The notes: a model not told the origin generated them from the sequence alone. A stretch of 64,000 nucleotides of DNA from Eledone cirrhosa (GCA_964016885.1 OZ024755.1:10726001-10790000), one strand, 5' to 3'. Shown: positions 11,667 to 24,382, counted from the first letter of the stretch. Program-made: numbers and translations.

Positions 11667-13288
11667 ATGGTATTGCGAGGTGGTCAGCTCGGTTGTGCAC
11701 ACAGCGCTAACAGATGGGACGAACTCGACTCCATCGAGGTAAAGTTAGTGGACGAGCAGTGTCACCACCGTCAACACTACCACCACCACCATCAACGTCA
11801 CCTTCTCCACCACCACCGACTACTCGCACCGTCGAACTTCGAAGACCTCACTAACACTACCACCAACACCACAACCACTAACAATAACAACAACACCACC
11901 ACCAACAACAACAACAACAACAACAACAGCAACAACAACCACAGCAACTACTGCTACACCACTACTGTACCACCACCACCTCCGCCACCACCTTCTCCAC
12001 CAGTGCCACCACCACCGCCGCCACCACCAACAACAACAACATCACTGCCACCACCTTCAACATTACACCACCACCATCATCACCACAACCAGTTGTCTTC
12101 GCCGTCGTGTTTCGGGGTAATACGACCCCATCGTCACATTCCTTACCCCCCGTCATCTTACCACTATCATCCAGCTCTCGGATTGTCTCATAGCTTACCA
12201 CGCGACAATTCTGAACATTACGGAAGACAACAACAACTGCTACAACAACAACAACAGGGGCACTACTATCAGAATTGCTATTTACATAACCAACAACAAC
12301 AACGTCAACATCATCTCCTAGAAAAAGAACAACAACAACAAAAGCAACAACAATATCAACAACATCACTATCATCAACAACACATATATCAAAGCGTCTA
12401 CGAAAAAGACGACGAGGAAGCAGAAGAAAGAGAAGAAGAAGAAGAAGAAGAGGGAGAAGAAGAAGAAGAAGAAGAAGAAGAAGAAGGAGTTGAAGAAGAA
12501 GAAGAAGAAGAAGAAAAAGAAGACGAAGAAGACACAGAGGAGGAAGACACAAGTGTGCCAACAGTGAAAACAACAACTACAACATCAGTGTCAACAAGGC
12601 CATCTTCACTATTAACATCATCATCATCACCATCATCGGAACAGTTACCATCAGATGCACATGTAGCAGCGGCATTAGCAGCAGCAACAGCAACAACAAC
12701 AACATATGTGTCAGCATCTTCATCATTGTTATCATCGCCACCACAACAACCACCATCACCACCACTACAACCACCATCATCATTATTATCATCGCCAACG
12801 CCGTTAAGAGGGCGTTGTCGTCGGCCGCTACTATTATCGCGACCATTATCACCAATAGGAACTACACCATCAACTACAACACCACCTTCATCAGCAACAC
12901 CACCACAGTTGCCGTTAATTTCGGCCAGAGATTCGTTTGCTTGCACGCCGGGATTTCTCGATGAAAGCCCACCGCTTTCACCGGCTCGTGCTGAACGCAA
13001 GCCTCTTAAAGTTGGTTTCATCGGCATGGAAGAAGATGAAGATGATGATGGACTTGATGGTGAACAGGATGCTGCCGAGGACGGACGCCACCGTAATACC
13101 AGTAAATTCGGTCTCCGGAAAGGTATGAACTGTAAAAGATATCATCAACCGCGGATGTCTTTACTAGGAAAACCTCTTCATTTTCACGGCCACAGGAGAG
13201 ATGCTAAGTACCGCAAACTCCAGGCCCGGATTTACAATTTTTTGGAGCGACCCAAATCATGGCCATCGGCGTTATACCATATTTTTGT
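11667..13288 (+). CDS. KCNQ: KCNQ (Kv7) voltage-gated potassium channel, first coding exon (cytoplasmic N-terminus to start of S1); partial gene
   Basis: The exon ends in PRMSLLGKPL.....RRDAKYRKLQARIYNFLERPKSWPSALYHIFV, the KCNQ pre-S1 signature (YNFLERP..W...YH). The consensus donor GT|GTAAGT at 13288/13289 splits the Val codon in phase 2, the same position as the first intron of vertebrate KCNQ1/KCNQ2. First in-frame ATG is 11667; the frame is open from 11031, so the start is less certain than the identity. Confidence 0.92.
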
Positions 13289-13420
13289 GTAAGTACATAT
13301 AAAACTCATAATAATAATAATAATAATAATAATACCCCCCCCCTCCAACCCCCCAAAAAATTAGAATAAAGATACCCCTACCCCGCCCACAAAATAATGA
13401 TAATAGCAAAAAATAGATAA

Positions 13421-13542
13421 AAATAATTGTTTCTAGGTTAGGCACAAGGCCAGCAATTACCAGTGCATTACTGGTACTTTATTTTATCGACCCCGTAAGG
13501 ATGAAAGTCAAAGTTAACCTCGGCAGGATTTGAACTCAGAAT
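13421..13542 (-). mobile_element. SINE family A (short-tail variant), 5'-truncated
   Basis: Reverse complement of B box GAGTTCAAATCC plus body and tail. Confidence 0.85.
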
Positions 13543-13604
13543 ATAAAAATAATGATAGTAAATATAAACCTGCAATTTTATACCTATCCCACCTTTCATT
13601 GTAT

Positions 13605-13657
<53 letters not shown>

Positions 13658-13879
13658 GGCATGCCCCCATAAGTATGTGTGCTTGTGCGAGCTTCTATGC
13701 GTCTGTATGAAATTCATTTTTTTATCTATGTTTGTGATATATATTGATTTTAAATATGTATTGTGGTTGTGTTATATCGCATGTTATATTCTATTTTACC
13801 ACACACACACGTACATGTATATGAACATACACACACACACATATATATATATATATGTGTGTGTGTGTATATGTGTGTG

Positions 13880-13911
<32 letters not shown>

Positions 13912-13993
13912 ATATCGTGTGTGTGTATATATATATATATCATTTAGTTAAGTTATTCGTCGTATAGGACGTGGTGTTTTCTCGGCAGTTCCA

Positions 13994-14039
<46 letters not shown>

Positions 14040-14182
14040 TGTGTGTGTGTATAATAAATACCTTCACAAAACCACCATCATTTGATATCCATAAACACTT
14101 ACAGTGTAAGTAATCTGCCATCTTAATGTCCCGTGCACAGGCTCCCTTGTGGCCCACAAATGAACTCATTATTATCATTATA

Positions 14183-14379
14183 GGGCGGTGAATTGGCAGT
14201 ATCGGTTGAGGGTCGGACGCCATGCTTTGACGTATAGAGTTACGGCCCTTGCCATTCTGAGTTCAAATCCCGCCAAGGTTAACTTTGCCTTTCATCCTTA
14301 CGGGGGTCGATAAAATAGAGTACCAGTAATGCACTGATAATTGCTGGCCTTGTGCCTAACGTAGAAACAATTATTATCA
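14183..14379 (+). mobile_element. SINE family A, full length (tRNA-derived head)
   Basis: A box TGGCAGTATCGG, B box GAGTTCAAATCC, body ctttgcctttcatccttacggg(g)gtcgataaaata.agtaccag (resembles the Meta/MESC SINE domain from memory; unverified), (ATT)n tail. Confidence 0.9.
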
Positions 14380-14407
14380 TTATTGTTATTATTAGTATCA
14401 TCTTCGT

Positions 14408-14815
14408 GTTCTGAAGTCAGGTCCTGCGAAGGTCAACTTTGCATTTCATCTTTCCGGGATCGATAAATTAAAGAACCGGTCATTTACTGGTCAATTACTG
14501 GATGTAATCGGCTTTAACCTCCCCAAAAATTGTTGGTCTTGTTCCTTAACCAGTAAGCATTATTACACCCAAAACCCACACAAACCCCACACACACATAC
14601 ACACATCTGTTTTCGTCCTGTGCTATCATAATATTTTACTTGATGTAAACCCTTTATGGTTAATAAAGAAATCATTATTATCATTGCCTTTCATCCTTCT
14701 GGATAAAATAAAATACCAGTAACGCATTGGGCTCGCTTTAATCGACTTTTTCCCTACCTTTCAAATTGCTGGCCTTGTGCCTAAATCAGAAATTATTATC
14801 ATTATTATTATTATT
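14408..14815 (+). mobile_element. Two further degenerate/partial SINE family A copies in tandem
   Basis: Body and tail motifs at ~14430-14560 and ~14685-14800. Confidence 0.75.
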
Positions 14816-14970
14816 ATTGTTATTGTTATTGTTGTTGTGGTGTTAGTGGTTGTTGTTGTTGCTGTTGTACTTTTCTTTTTGATTTTGTTTGGTTTTTCTT
14901 TTACTTTACATGTATTTCTTTGTTATCATATTTCTTTTTGGTGACTTTATTGTTTCCCTATTTCAAATTC

Positions 14971-15036
<66 letters not shown>

Positions 15037-15250
15037 TGCATCTATATTATGATGTCTTCTTTTCAGCTGTTGCGTACCTGTACATACCTGCACATATTTT
15101 GTTTAATTAATATGATAACATATAACACGTACCTGTGACAACATCTATGTTAAGTAAACGTGATTATGTAAGATATTATGCATATATATATATTTATATA
15201 CACACACACATATGTATATATATATACACATAGACACACACTCACACACA

Positions 15251-15294
<44 letters not shown>

Positions 15295-15366
15295 AACAAG
15301 TATGACCCTGACGGCAGAGCTCATATAAATATATACATATATATATATAAATCTGTCGGTGTGTGT

Positions 15367-15691
15367 GAAGGCACATGGTTTGTATGTTAGAGCGTTGGGC
15401 TAGCACTTGACAGGTTGTGAGTGGGATTTTCGGACCGACTGTGTCCTTGAGCAAGACACTTTGTTTCACGTTGTCCCAGTTCACTCACCTGTAGAAAAGA
15501 GATGCGATGTCACTGCTGCCAAGATGTATCGGCCATCACCTTTCCCTTGGATAACCTTGGTGGTATGGAGAGGTGGCTGGAATGTATGGGCGAATACTGG
15601 TCTTCCACAAACACAACCTAGTCCAGGCCTGTGCCCCGAAGGGAAACTTTCTAAGTGCGAAATTATGGTCATTAGAGACGAATGGGGGCCT

Positions 15692-15692
<1 letters not shown>
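15367..15692 (+). mobile_element. CORE-type tRNA-derived SINE (OR1/OR2-like), diverged
   Basis: tRNA-like head followed by gtgtccttgagcaagacactttgtttcacgttg (CORE-like domain). Its 3' end recurs inverted at ~41110-41155. Confidence 0.75.
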
Positions 15693-15721
<29 letters not shown>

Positions 15722-15725
<4 letters not shown>

Positions 15726-15939
15726 CGAAGGAGTTGTGGTAAGGAAGCAGATGGACCATAACGCACCAGAGTACTCAATACTTAGGGTAGTAGAGTGGGT
15801 AATAGTAGAAAGTATGACCCCGACGGCAGAGCTCAAGCCGTTTCGACTGTTATTTCTGGACTATAGTAAGAGTTTCTTTAGTTAGTCCAGAAATAGCCGT
15901 CGAAACGGTTTGAGCCCTGCCGTCAGGGTCATACTTTCT

Positions 15940-15941
<2 letters not shown>
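15722..15941 (-). mobile_element. Penelope-like terminal remnant: 80-bp tail plus inverted pair of hammerhead 3' halves
   Basis: Arms 15807-15862 and 15884-15939 are inverted repeats, each reading GAAACGG-loop-CCGTC. Flanked by (TA)n; the tail recurs at 28960-29040. Confidence 0.6.
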
Positions 15942-15995
<54 letters not shown>

Positions 15996-16001
<6 letters not shown>

Positions 16002-16062
16002 TAACAGATTAAAGTTTAAGCAAAGAATCGCTGCTTTCACCCTTAAATTTATTATTATTACT
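15996..16062 (-). mobile_element. Family B hammerhead-like element, internally deleted copy
   Basis: ttaaaataacagattaaagtttaagcaaagaatcgctgctttcacccttaa joined directly to the terminal atttattattattacta; lies in (TA)n. Confidence 0.75.
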
Positions 16063-17135
16063 ATATATATGTATATTTGTAATATAATATAGGCAATATG
16101 TAATATGATAGGAGTGAGTGTGTAAAGTTTATAAGTTTTAAAATTTCATGTTTCTGTATATGCATTCCAGTTTCTGTGCGTTGAAATTCGTATATTACAT
16201 CCTAATATACAAACGCACACAAATATATAGCTCGGACAAAGTAGTAACTCGTATTCATGTCTACATTTGGTGAGATAGCCATGCATGACATTAAGGTATA
16301 TATGTGTAATGTGGTATTTGGTATTTATGTTATTATGAATGTGCTTGTGTATGTGTATGTATCTATATATTCATGTATGCATATATGTACCCATGCATGT
16401 ATATATGGATGAATGCATGTATGTAAATGTGTGTGAGTATGTATGCATGCATGTATATATGTAAAATGTGTATAGGAATTTGTGTATGAGTGTCTAAATA
16501 TATGCTGGGATATATATTGTCACTTCTAGCATGCATTTAACTTTTCCACTGTTTGCCTTTATATCTCAACCTGTTTGTGGGAAAGTGTACGTGCCTTTCT
16601 GCACATGTACACGCTTTTGGTTGTGTGTGTTTTTGTGTATGCACTTTTTTGGAGTGTGTATGCGTTCGACTGTTTTATGCAAATGTTGAATTGAGCATGC
16701 GTTTTCGTGCATGCATATGTATGAATCTAAAAATATATATAAATGCATGCGTGTGTGTATATCTGTATGTATGTTTGTGTACACTTGTATCTGTGTGTAC
16801 ATGCTTGCATATTTTCGTTGATGCATTTGTGTAAATGTATAAACGCATTTGAATGTGTGTGTATTTCTGTGCATCAGTGTGTTTATGTATGAAGGTGAAT
16901 GCGTGAAATTGTGATATGCTAATAGTCAAATTGTGTTTTCTTCAGTGTATGCATGTGAATGTGTGCATGAGAATGTGTGTGTATTTATGTGTGTGTGCAC
17001 CTGTATATATGTATGTGTGCTTGTATTTTTGTGCCAGAGCGTGTGCGAGAGAAGGGATATTGGTGTGTGTGTTTTAGGACACCCAGTGCTATCTGTTGTC
17101 TATGTGACTGCAGGTGCTCCATTCGGTTTTATGTA

Positions 17136-17176
<41 letters not shown>

Positions 17177-17323
17177 TTTGATTGCCTGTCTAGGAAAATA
17201 TTTATTAGAATATTGTTGAAGCGTGTATACATTTCTTGGGGACACCCTGTGTCATATATATATATATATAAATGGGTCCTTAGTATAATGACTGAAACAA
17301 ATTACTATGCATATATATACATG

Positions 17324-17386
<63 letters not shown>

Positions 17387-19143
17387 AGTACCAATGACAG
17401 GTGTCGTTAAGAATGAGAGGTTAGCCTGTACATCGTACTCGCATCAAGGTATTTTCCAGATTTTTCAAAATGGCTGGCATATATTGAAGGTTGTCATTCA
17501 TAGAAGAATGTTACAGTGGCCCCTAATGTATGTCTATTCCTGTAAATATGCCCTTTCTATATGCGAATCTTCTGGGATGTTGAAAACAATTTGACATTTT
17601 CTTTATTACCTTCTAATCATAATTTACTAATTAACCGTCACATTCCCTCTTTTCTTGAGCAGAGCCTCCCGCGATTAGTAAAGGGACCCACAGTCATCTA
17701 ATCAAATGGCCCCAAATTACATACATGCTTACATACACACATACAAGCAAACCCACACACACGCATGCATGCATACATACATATGCACACACACTCACGC
17801 GTACTTTCGTTCATACATATATATATATAGATAGATAGATACAGACATACAAACATCAACGCTCTTGACGGCGAATTCTTGGCAAAATATCGCAGCTCCT
17901 TAATTCTAAGCGACAAATAACTACGATATCTGGAACTTGTTGCAAAATCTGTAAAATATTCTTAAGATTTTAAGGATGAACGAAATTAACATCTCCCCTG
18001 ACACATATACATATAGGAAAGCATTCAGACTAGTGGAAATCAGCTGCCCTGCAGATGTTAATATAATGTAACAATATAGCGAAAATAAGAATATTTATAC
18101 TGAATTACTGAGAAACCTGCAGATACTCCACCCGACTATATCTTTAGGTTTGTAAATCTGATGATTGGGGCTCTTGGATATATTACTAACTGCCTCAGTA
18201 CAAATCTTGAGAAGTTGAGCTTCACAGAATCAGAAATAGTTCGGCTAGTTAGGAAGTTGCAAGTACAGTCCAATAATGAAATTGTAAAAATATGTAAAAC
18301 ATTACAAAAATTTAGCATGTATTAACTACATATATACACAATTATATATAGAAATATATGTATATATATATCCACATTTACCTCAAAATATATAAATCCA
18401 CACATGCAATAATATCTGTACGTGTACATATACACGCAAATATCTGGAATCATATATTAATAATTATGACGGTGTCTAAATTCCAGGGAAAGTGTCTTAT
18501 CATTGTATTAGTAATCGTTCTTTTCCTTATTGGTAAACAATTCATAAAAAATAAAGTAAAACCGTAACATACATAAATGTATACAAACATATATATAGGA
18601 CTTAGTTGTTTTTCATACCTCGGTTTCTTGTCTAAATAGAGACTGAAGCTGGCGAGTAATAAATACATGTATATCGTGCTCCTAAACAGATATTGGGTTA
18701 GTTGTAATAGGTTCACAGCTTCGAAAGCTCTCATCCAAGCATGTATGTTTACTGTACATAAACATCAGTGAAAGTGGGCTCTAATATGCCTTTGTAAATA
18801 CACATAGATGCATGCAGGCAAGCGTACATACATACATACATACATGCATACATACATATATTCATACATACATACATACATACATACATACATACATAAG
18901 CTGATTCTTTAACCGGAGGCAGGAAAGCGAATACCTGTGTGTGTGTGTATATATATATATACAGTATATGCTTGTATATATGATTGAGCAGATTATTATC
19001 AAATGCACACCAGCTGTATATGTTTTGTAAATCACCCTAATTCAATGTACCCCCACCCCACACACCCGTGTGTAATATATCCTGGAATTTTAGTATCCCC
19101 TTCATTTGATGCCCTCATGGCAAATAAAAGAAATTATTTGGGT

Positions 19144-19335
19144 GTCGGAGATGCTTTGCAGCATAGAGTTACGGCTCTTTATGATCTGAGTTAAAATCCC
19201 GCCGAGGTTAACTTTGCTTTTCATTCTTACGAGGTCGATAAAATAAAGTACCAGTCACGCACTGGGGTCGATTTAATCGACTTTCCCCTCCCCCCAAATT
19301 GCTGGCCTCGTGCCTATCTAAGAAACCATTATTGT
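19144..19335 (+). mobile_element. SINE family A (long-tail variant)
   Basis: Body plus ctggggtcgatttaatcgactttcccctcccccaaattgctggcc segment. Confidence 0.88.
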
Positions 19336-19544
19336 TATAACTTTGACTAGTCTTATTACTTGAAAGTAGAACGTCAGATAGAATGCCTCAACAGTGTACA
19401 CACCTTAAGAACGAATAGGTTGTGTCCGATTTAAAATACACGAGACATGCCATATGTCACTGCAGTGACGCTTATGACTCCATCACGAGTTATGGGTTCA
19501 TAGCTGCATTAGTAAAGAATGGTGTGTTGATGGATACCTTTGAG

Positions 19545-19745
19545 TGCCGAACACAATGCTTTCTAGTATTTGTTCCGGTTCTTTATTTTCTTAGTTCAAA
19601 TCGCGCCAATGTCAACTTTGCATTTCCTCCTCCAGAGTGGATAAAATAAAGTACCAGTCCAGGTGTGATGTTGATATAATCGACTTTTATTTTAAAAAAT
19701 AATAATAAATTGCTGACCTTGTGCCTAAATTAGAAACCTTATTTT
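19545..19745 (+). mobile_element. SINE family A, degenerate
   Basis: agttcaaatcgcgcc...caactttgcatttcctcct...gataaaataaagtaccag...ccttgtgcctaaattagaaac. Confidence 0.75.
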
Positions 19746-19954
19746 TTCAAAGTATCTCGGTCTTAATCATCTAATTTGCAATTCCATTTTTAAATATGGT
19801 AGAATGTGATTTGAGATAGATTAGTAGGCTGAGTAAACGTGAGAGCAATCATTGGTTTGCAAGTATGCAATAGTCTGTGTGTGTAAATGTTTCACACTTT
19901 CGTGGAATATTACAAAGTGTTCCAACATGTGTGTATAATTGAACGCAGCTAAAT

Positions 19955-20260
19955 ATGCGTGTGATTAGAAGTTAGGAGTTCGGCTCACGATTGTAATGTT
20001 GTGAGTTCAATTCCTGGTGGTACCCCGTGTCCGATCCGTATCGTCACGTTTCTCCAGTCTGGTTAGGTGTTAAAATATGTTGTAGCTGTAATTCAAACGG
20101 CTAACTTGTTTTATACACTATCTCACACTGAATAACCTCGAGAACAGCGTTAAGCGATACGCTCAGCCTCTTGTTTTCGATACGCTCAGCCCCTTGCACA
20201 TTCATTTCACGGGGCTATATGTTCCATCGTTCAGATAAACGGAACTATCGTTATTGAAAC
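19955..20260 (+). mobile_element. Degenerate CORE-type SINE
   Basis: tRNA-like head with B box gagttcaattcc; the tail is similar to inverted sequence at ~40070-40200. Confidence 0.5.
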
Positions 20261-20934
20261 CGATTCAGGTACAAAAGCACCAACGACAAGCGACGGTGGA
20301 ACAATCTAGCTGTAGTATATGCAAATACACCAAGCATTTATTGGCAACCACGTGTTTCCTGGTTCGATCTCTTTTTATGGCATCTTCGTCACCAAGTGCA
20401 TTTTGCTACAACCTCGTGCGAACAAGTGAATAGGGACAGCGCAATTTCGTTGAATGTGCACCATTGTTGTGGTATTTTTACACTTATGTCAGTTTTGATC
20501 AAGTTGACCTCTGGTCAAAGGATTTGCCACACAGATCATCTTTTTTCTTTACTTTTTAAAGAGTGTATCTTGCACTACATTATCAAAAGAGGATCTCCTA
20601 TTTGAAGAGTGTAGAGGCGGAATTCATATATAATTAGATTCTATTACTATTTAGCAGGATGATCCAATGCATTCAGTTACTCTCGTCAGCTCATTGCGCA
20701 TTTGTGTATTTGTGTGTGTGTAGATATACACATTCATAGTTCTATTTAAACATATGCTTACGAGTATCTACTGATATTGCAGTAATCACACTGCCATATA
20801 AGCACACACAGATAAATACATACACAGTCGACTGACACATACAAACATTAATTCTACAGATCTCTTTTTCCAACTCATTTTACTCATACATATTCCCTTA
20901 AACCCTTTCGTTTTCTCATTTTCAGTTTTTCGCC

Positions 20935-21158
20935 ATAATATTGTTTCTATGTTTGACACAAGGTCAGCAATTTTCAAAAAAAGGTAAAGTCGAGTAAATC
21001 GACACCTGTGCGTTACTGGTATGGTATTTTATTTTATCGACCTCGTAAGGATGAAAGGCAAAGCTAACCTCGGCAGGATTTAAATTCAGAAGGTAAAGGG
21101 ACGTAAACATATGCTGCAAAGTATGTTGTCCGACCAATCCACTGCCAATCCACCGCTC
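20935..21158 (-). mobile_element. SINE family A, full length
   Basis: Reverse complement of head (ctgccaatccaccgc) through tail. Confidence 0.85.
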
Positions 21159-21339
21159 GCTATAATAATAACAGAACTATTTGCTGCTCACGCGAAACAT
21201 TGCTTCTGCTATTTTAGAATTTCTTTGGGAATGTTATGGTTTTCATTGCTGCTTCGCAGCATTAATCTACAAAAGCGTACAGTATATGTACTTGTTATTG
21301 GATCTCCATCAAGTCCAACGATGACTGTGCCAGTTGTTC

Positions 21340-21500
21340 GAACAACGGACCAGATGCGTCCTTAGTGTAGTTCCCAGAGAAATTCAGCATCACACAGTAT
21401 GTCAAGTTTGCTACTTTGAATTACAGGCACATCTAAGAAGACTGGACCAATGTGAAATAAAATATCTTGCTCAAGGATACAACGCGAATCAAAATCACGA
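21340..21500 (-). mobile_element. CORE-type SINE fragment
   Basis: atgtgaaataaaatatcttgctcaaggatacaacgc is the reverse complement of the CORE-like domain. Confidence 0.55.
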
Positions 21501-21907
21501 CCATATATATAATAATAATAATAATATTAAGAGCGTATATGAAAGCATATACTATATGTTTATATACAGTAAACATAAGGAAACTTCGCTTTCATTTCAA
21601 AGAAAAAATATTTTTTCGAAATGTAACATGTATTTTCCTCGATGTTTCCCTGTGAAGTCAGAGATTCATCAGTAACGGTCGTTTGTGAATATGATTAATG
21701 TATGACTGCGTATGAAGGTGTTTAATCAAACCCTTACAAAAACTGAAGAAATGATATAAAAGACAATATCACCACAGTGCCTCAAAAACTTATGAGAATA
21801 ATGAAAACAATAGGAAGTGATTTTATGTGTATGTGTTTATATGTAGGCACACCAACATACTCATACACATACATATGTATGCGCGTGTGTCTTCGCACAT
21901 AAATGTT

Positions 21908-21965
<58 letters not shown>

Positions 21966-22539
21966 GTTTATGTGTTTGTATACGTGTATGTTTATGTGTG
22001 GATCTGAGTGAATGCATATAAGTTTAGTCTAATTAGTAAGTCAACTCATTCTACATGAACATGTAGTTATGTATAGACACCAGACACACATATATATATG
22101 TATGTGTTTGTGTGTGTGTCTCCAATCATGTGTATAAATATATATTAATGCCTCACCATGATATATATATATATATACACGTGTGTTTACACAGACATAT
22201 TGGTAGCCTCCACCATGTATACAAATATACATTAGTAACTCAATGTAATATATGTAAATATGTGCATGTGTGTATACATAATTTCCTGCGCTAGTAATTT
22301 AGTTCTAATTAAATTTTAATCAACATATATCACTTTCTTATTTTAAACGTACAAAAACATATCAAAGAATCTTCACATAAATTTGTACAGACACACATAT
22401 ACACATACATACAAGCACACACACACACACGCGCGCGCGCGTACAAACACACACACAGCCACGCATACAAAAACGCAGACAAACATACACGCATACATCT
22501 AATATATATGCACACGTATATATAGAGATAAAGAGATAC

Positions 22540-22923
22540 ATATATACATATATACATATATATGTATGTGTTTGTGTGTATGTATATTATGTATATATAT
22601 ATATATTTATGTATATTTATGTATATATATATATATTTATGTATATATATATATATTTATGTATATATGTATATATGTATATGTATATATGTATATATAT
22701 GTATGTATATATATATATATGTATATGTATATATATATGTATGTATGTATATATATATATGTATATGTATATATATATGTATGTATGTATATATATATAT
22801 GTATGTATGTATATATATATATGTATGTATATATATATATGTATGTATATATATATATGTATGTATATATGTATGTATATATATATATGTATGTATATAT
22901 GTATGTATATATATATGTATGTG

Positions 22924-22970
<47 letters not shown>

Positions 22971-23108
22971 GTATATATATATGTATGTGTATATATATAT
23001 ATGTATGTATGTATATATGTATGTATATATATATGTATGTATATATATATATGTATGTATATATATATATGTATGTATATATATATGTATGCATATATAT
23101 ATGTATGC

Positions 23109-23193
<85 letters not shown>

Positions 23194-23251
23194 TATATAT
23201 ATATATGTATGTATATATATATGTATGTATACATATATCTATATATTAACG

Positions 23252-23308
<57 letters not shown>
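22540..23308. repeat. Compound (TA)n/(TATG)n microsatellite
   Basis: Direct inspection. Confidence 0.95.
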
Positions 23309-23312
<4 letters not shown>

Positions 23313-23822
23313 AATATGCACCGCCTGTACAAATATTTACAAATTGTAAAGTGATTAATGTTTAGTTATTCACTTTCATATTTTTTTTATTTTTATTTCA
23401 TCGTTCTTTTAAATATATCCGTCTCAATTTTAATAAACATTCATTTATTTACTTCTCCTAGTCTTTGCTTTCTATTAATCAAATATCTTCCTACACTTAC
23501 ATTTCTTTCATCACACTTTGTACTGTACAATAGTCTCTCTCTCTCTCTCTCACTCTCTCTCTCTCTCTCTCTCTCATTTTCTCTCTCTCTCTCTCTCGCA
23601 CGCACACTTATTTTTCCAGGCGTTAAATGAGTAAAGTATTAATATTCGAATATGTAAAAGAATATAAAATATATAAGAAAAAAAATGTGATATATATATA
23701 TATATATATATATATTCTGAATACATATTGAAACGATTGATATGTACATACACACGCATTTGTATGTGTCTATGTGCATGTATGTCTGTAAGGCATTCAT
23801 ATGCACATATATTATATTGGTT

Positions 23823-23854
<32 letters not shown>

Positions 23855-24043
23855 ATAATAATGGTTTCTACTTTAGGCACAAGGCCAGCAATTAACCAGT
23901 GCATTATTGGTACTTTTATTTTATCGACTCCGTAAGGATGAAAGGCAAAGTCAACCTCGGCGAGATTTGAAATCAGATCGTAAAGGGACATAACTATGCT
24001 TGAAAGCATGGCGTCCGACCCTCTACCGATACTGCCAATCCAC
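23855..24043 (-). mobile_element. SINE family A (short-tail variant), near full length
   Basis: Near-identical to the 44520-44710 copy. Confidence 0.9.
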
Positions 24044-24046
24044 AAT

Positions 24047-24290
24047 AATAATAATAAATTTGAAGACTAAAATCCAAAGAGGGCTCGTTAAGGATAAATA
24101 TATATCAAATAGATAAGAACCGTAGAGCAAATATTTATTAAAATGACAGATTAAAGTTTAAGCAAATAATCGCTGCTTTCACCCTTAACGGGATCTTAAC
24201 AGATTGACTTTGTTAGTTTCAGAAGATCCCGTTAAGGGTGAAAGCAGCGATTCTTTGCTTAAACTTTAATCTGTTATTTTAATAAATATA
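24047..24290 (+). mobile_element. Family B element, longest copy, with internal ~68-bp inverted repeat and hammerhead-like motif
   Basis: The left end matches the reverse complement of 36535-36603. Arms ~24130-24197 and ~24223-24290 are inverted repeats. Confidence 0.75.
24215..24265 (+). ncRNA. Type I hammerhead-like motif with variant core (CAGAAGA instead of CUGANGA)
   Basis: AGTTT | CAGAAGA | T CCC GTTAA GGG T | GAAA | GCA GCGATTCTT TGC | T T | AAACT: stems I, II and III all pair; predicted site CUU at 24258-24260. Confidence 0.6.
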
Positions 24291-24324
24291 TATATGTATA
24301 TGTATATATGTTTATATATATATA

Positions 24325-24382
<58 letters not shown>

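Noticed and set aside
10811-13027. Minus-strand ORFs overlapping the KCNQ exon
   Set aside because: Shadow frames of triplet repeats with no recognisable domain
17070-17250. Tc1/mariner TIR-like ggacaccc motifs (also ~25025)
   Set aside because: Same orientation, no matching opposite end or transposase remnant found
21615-21675. Minus-strand CTGATGA...GAAAC hammerhead candidate
   Set aside because: Stem III can form but stem I strands are not complementary and stem II needs a 3-nt bulge
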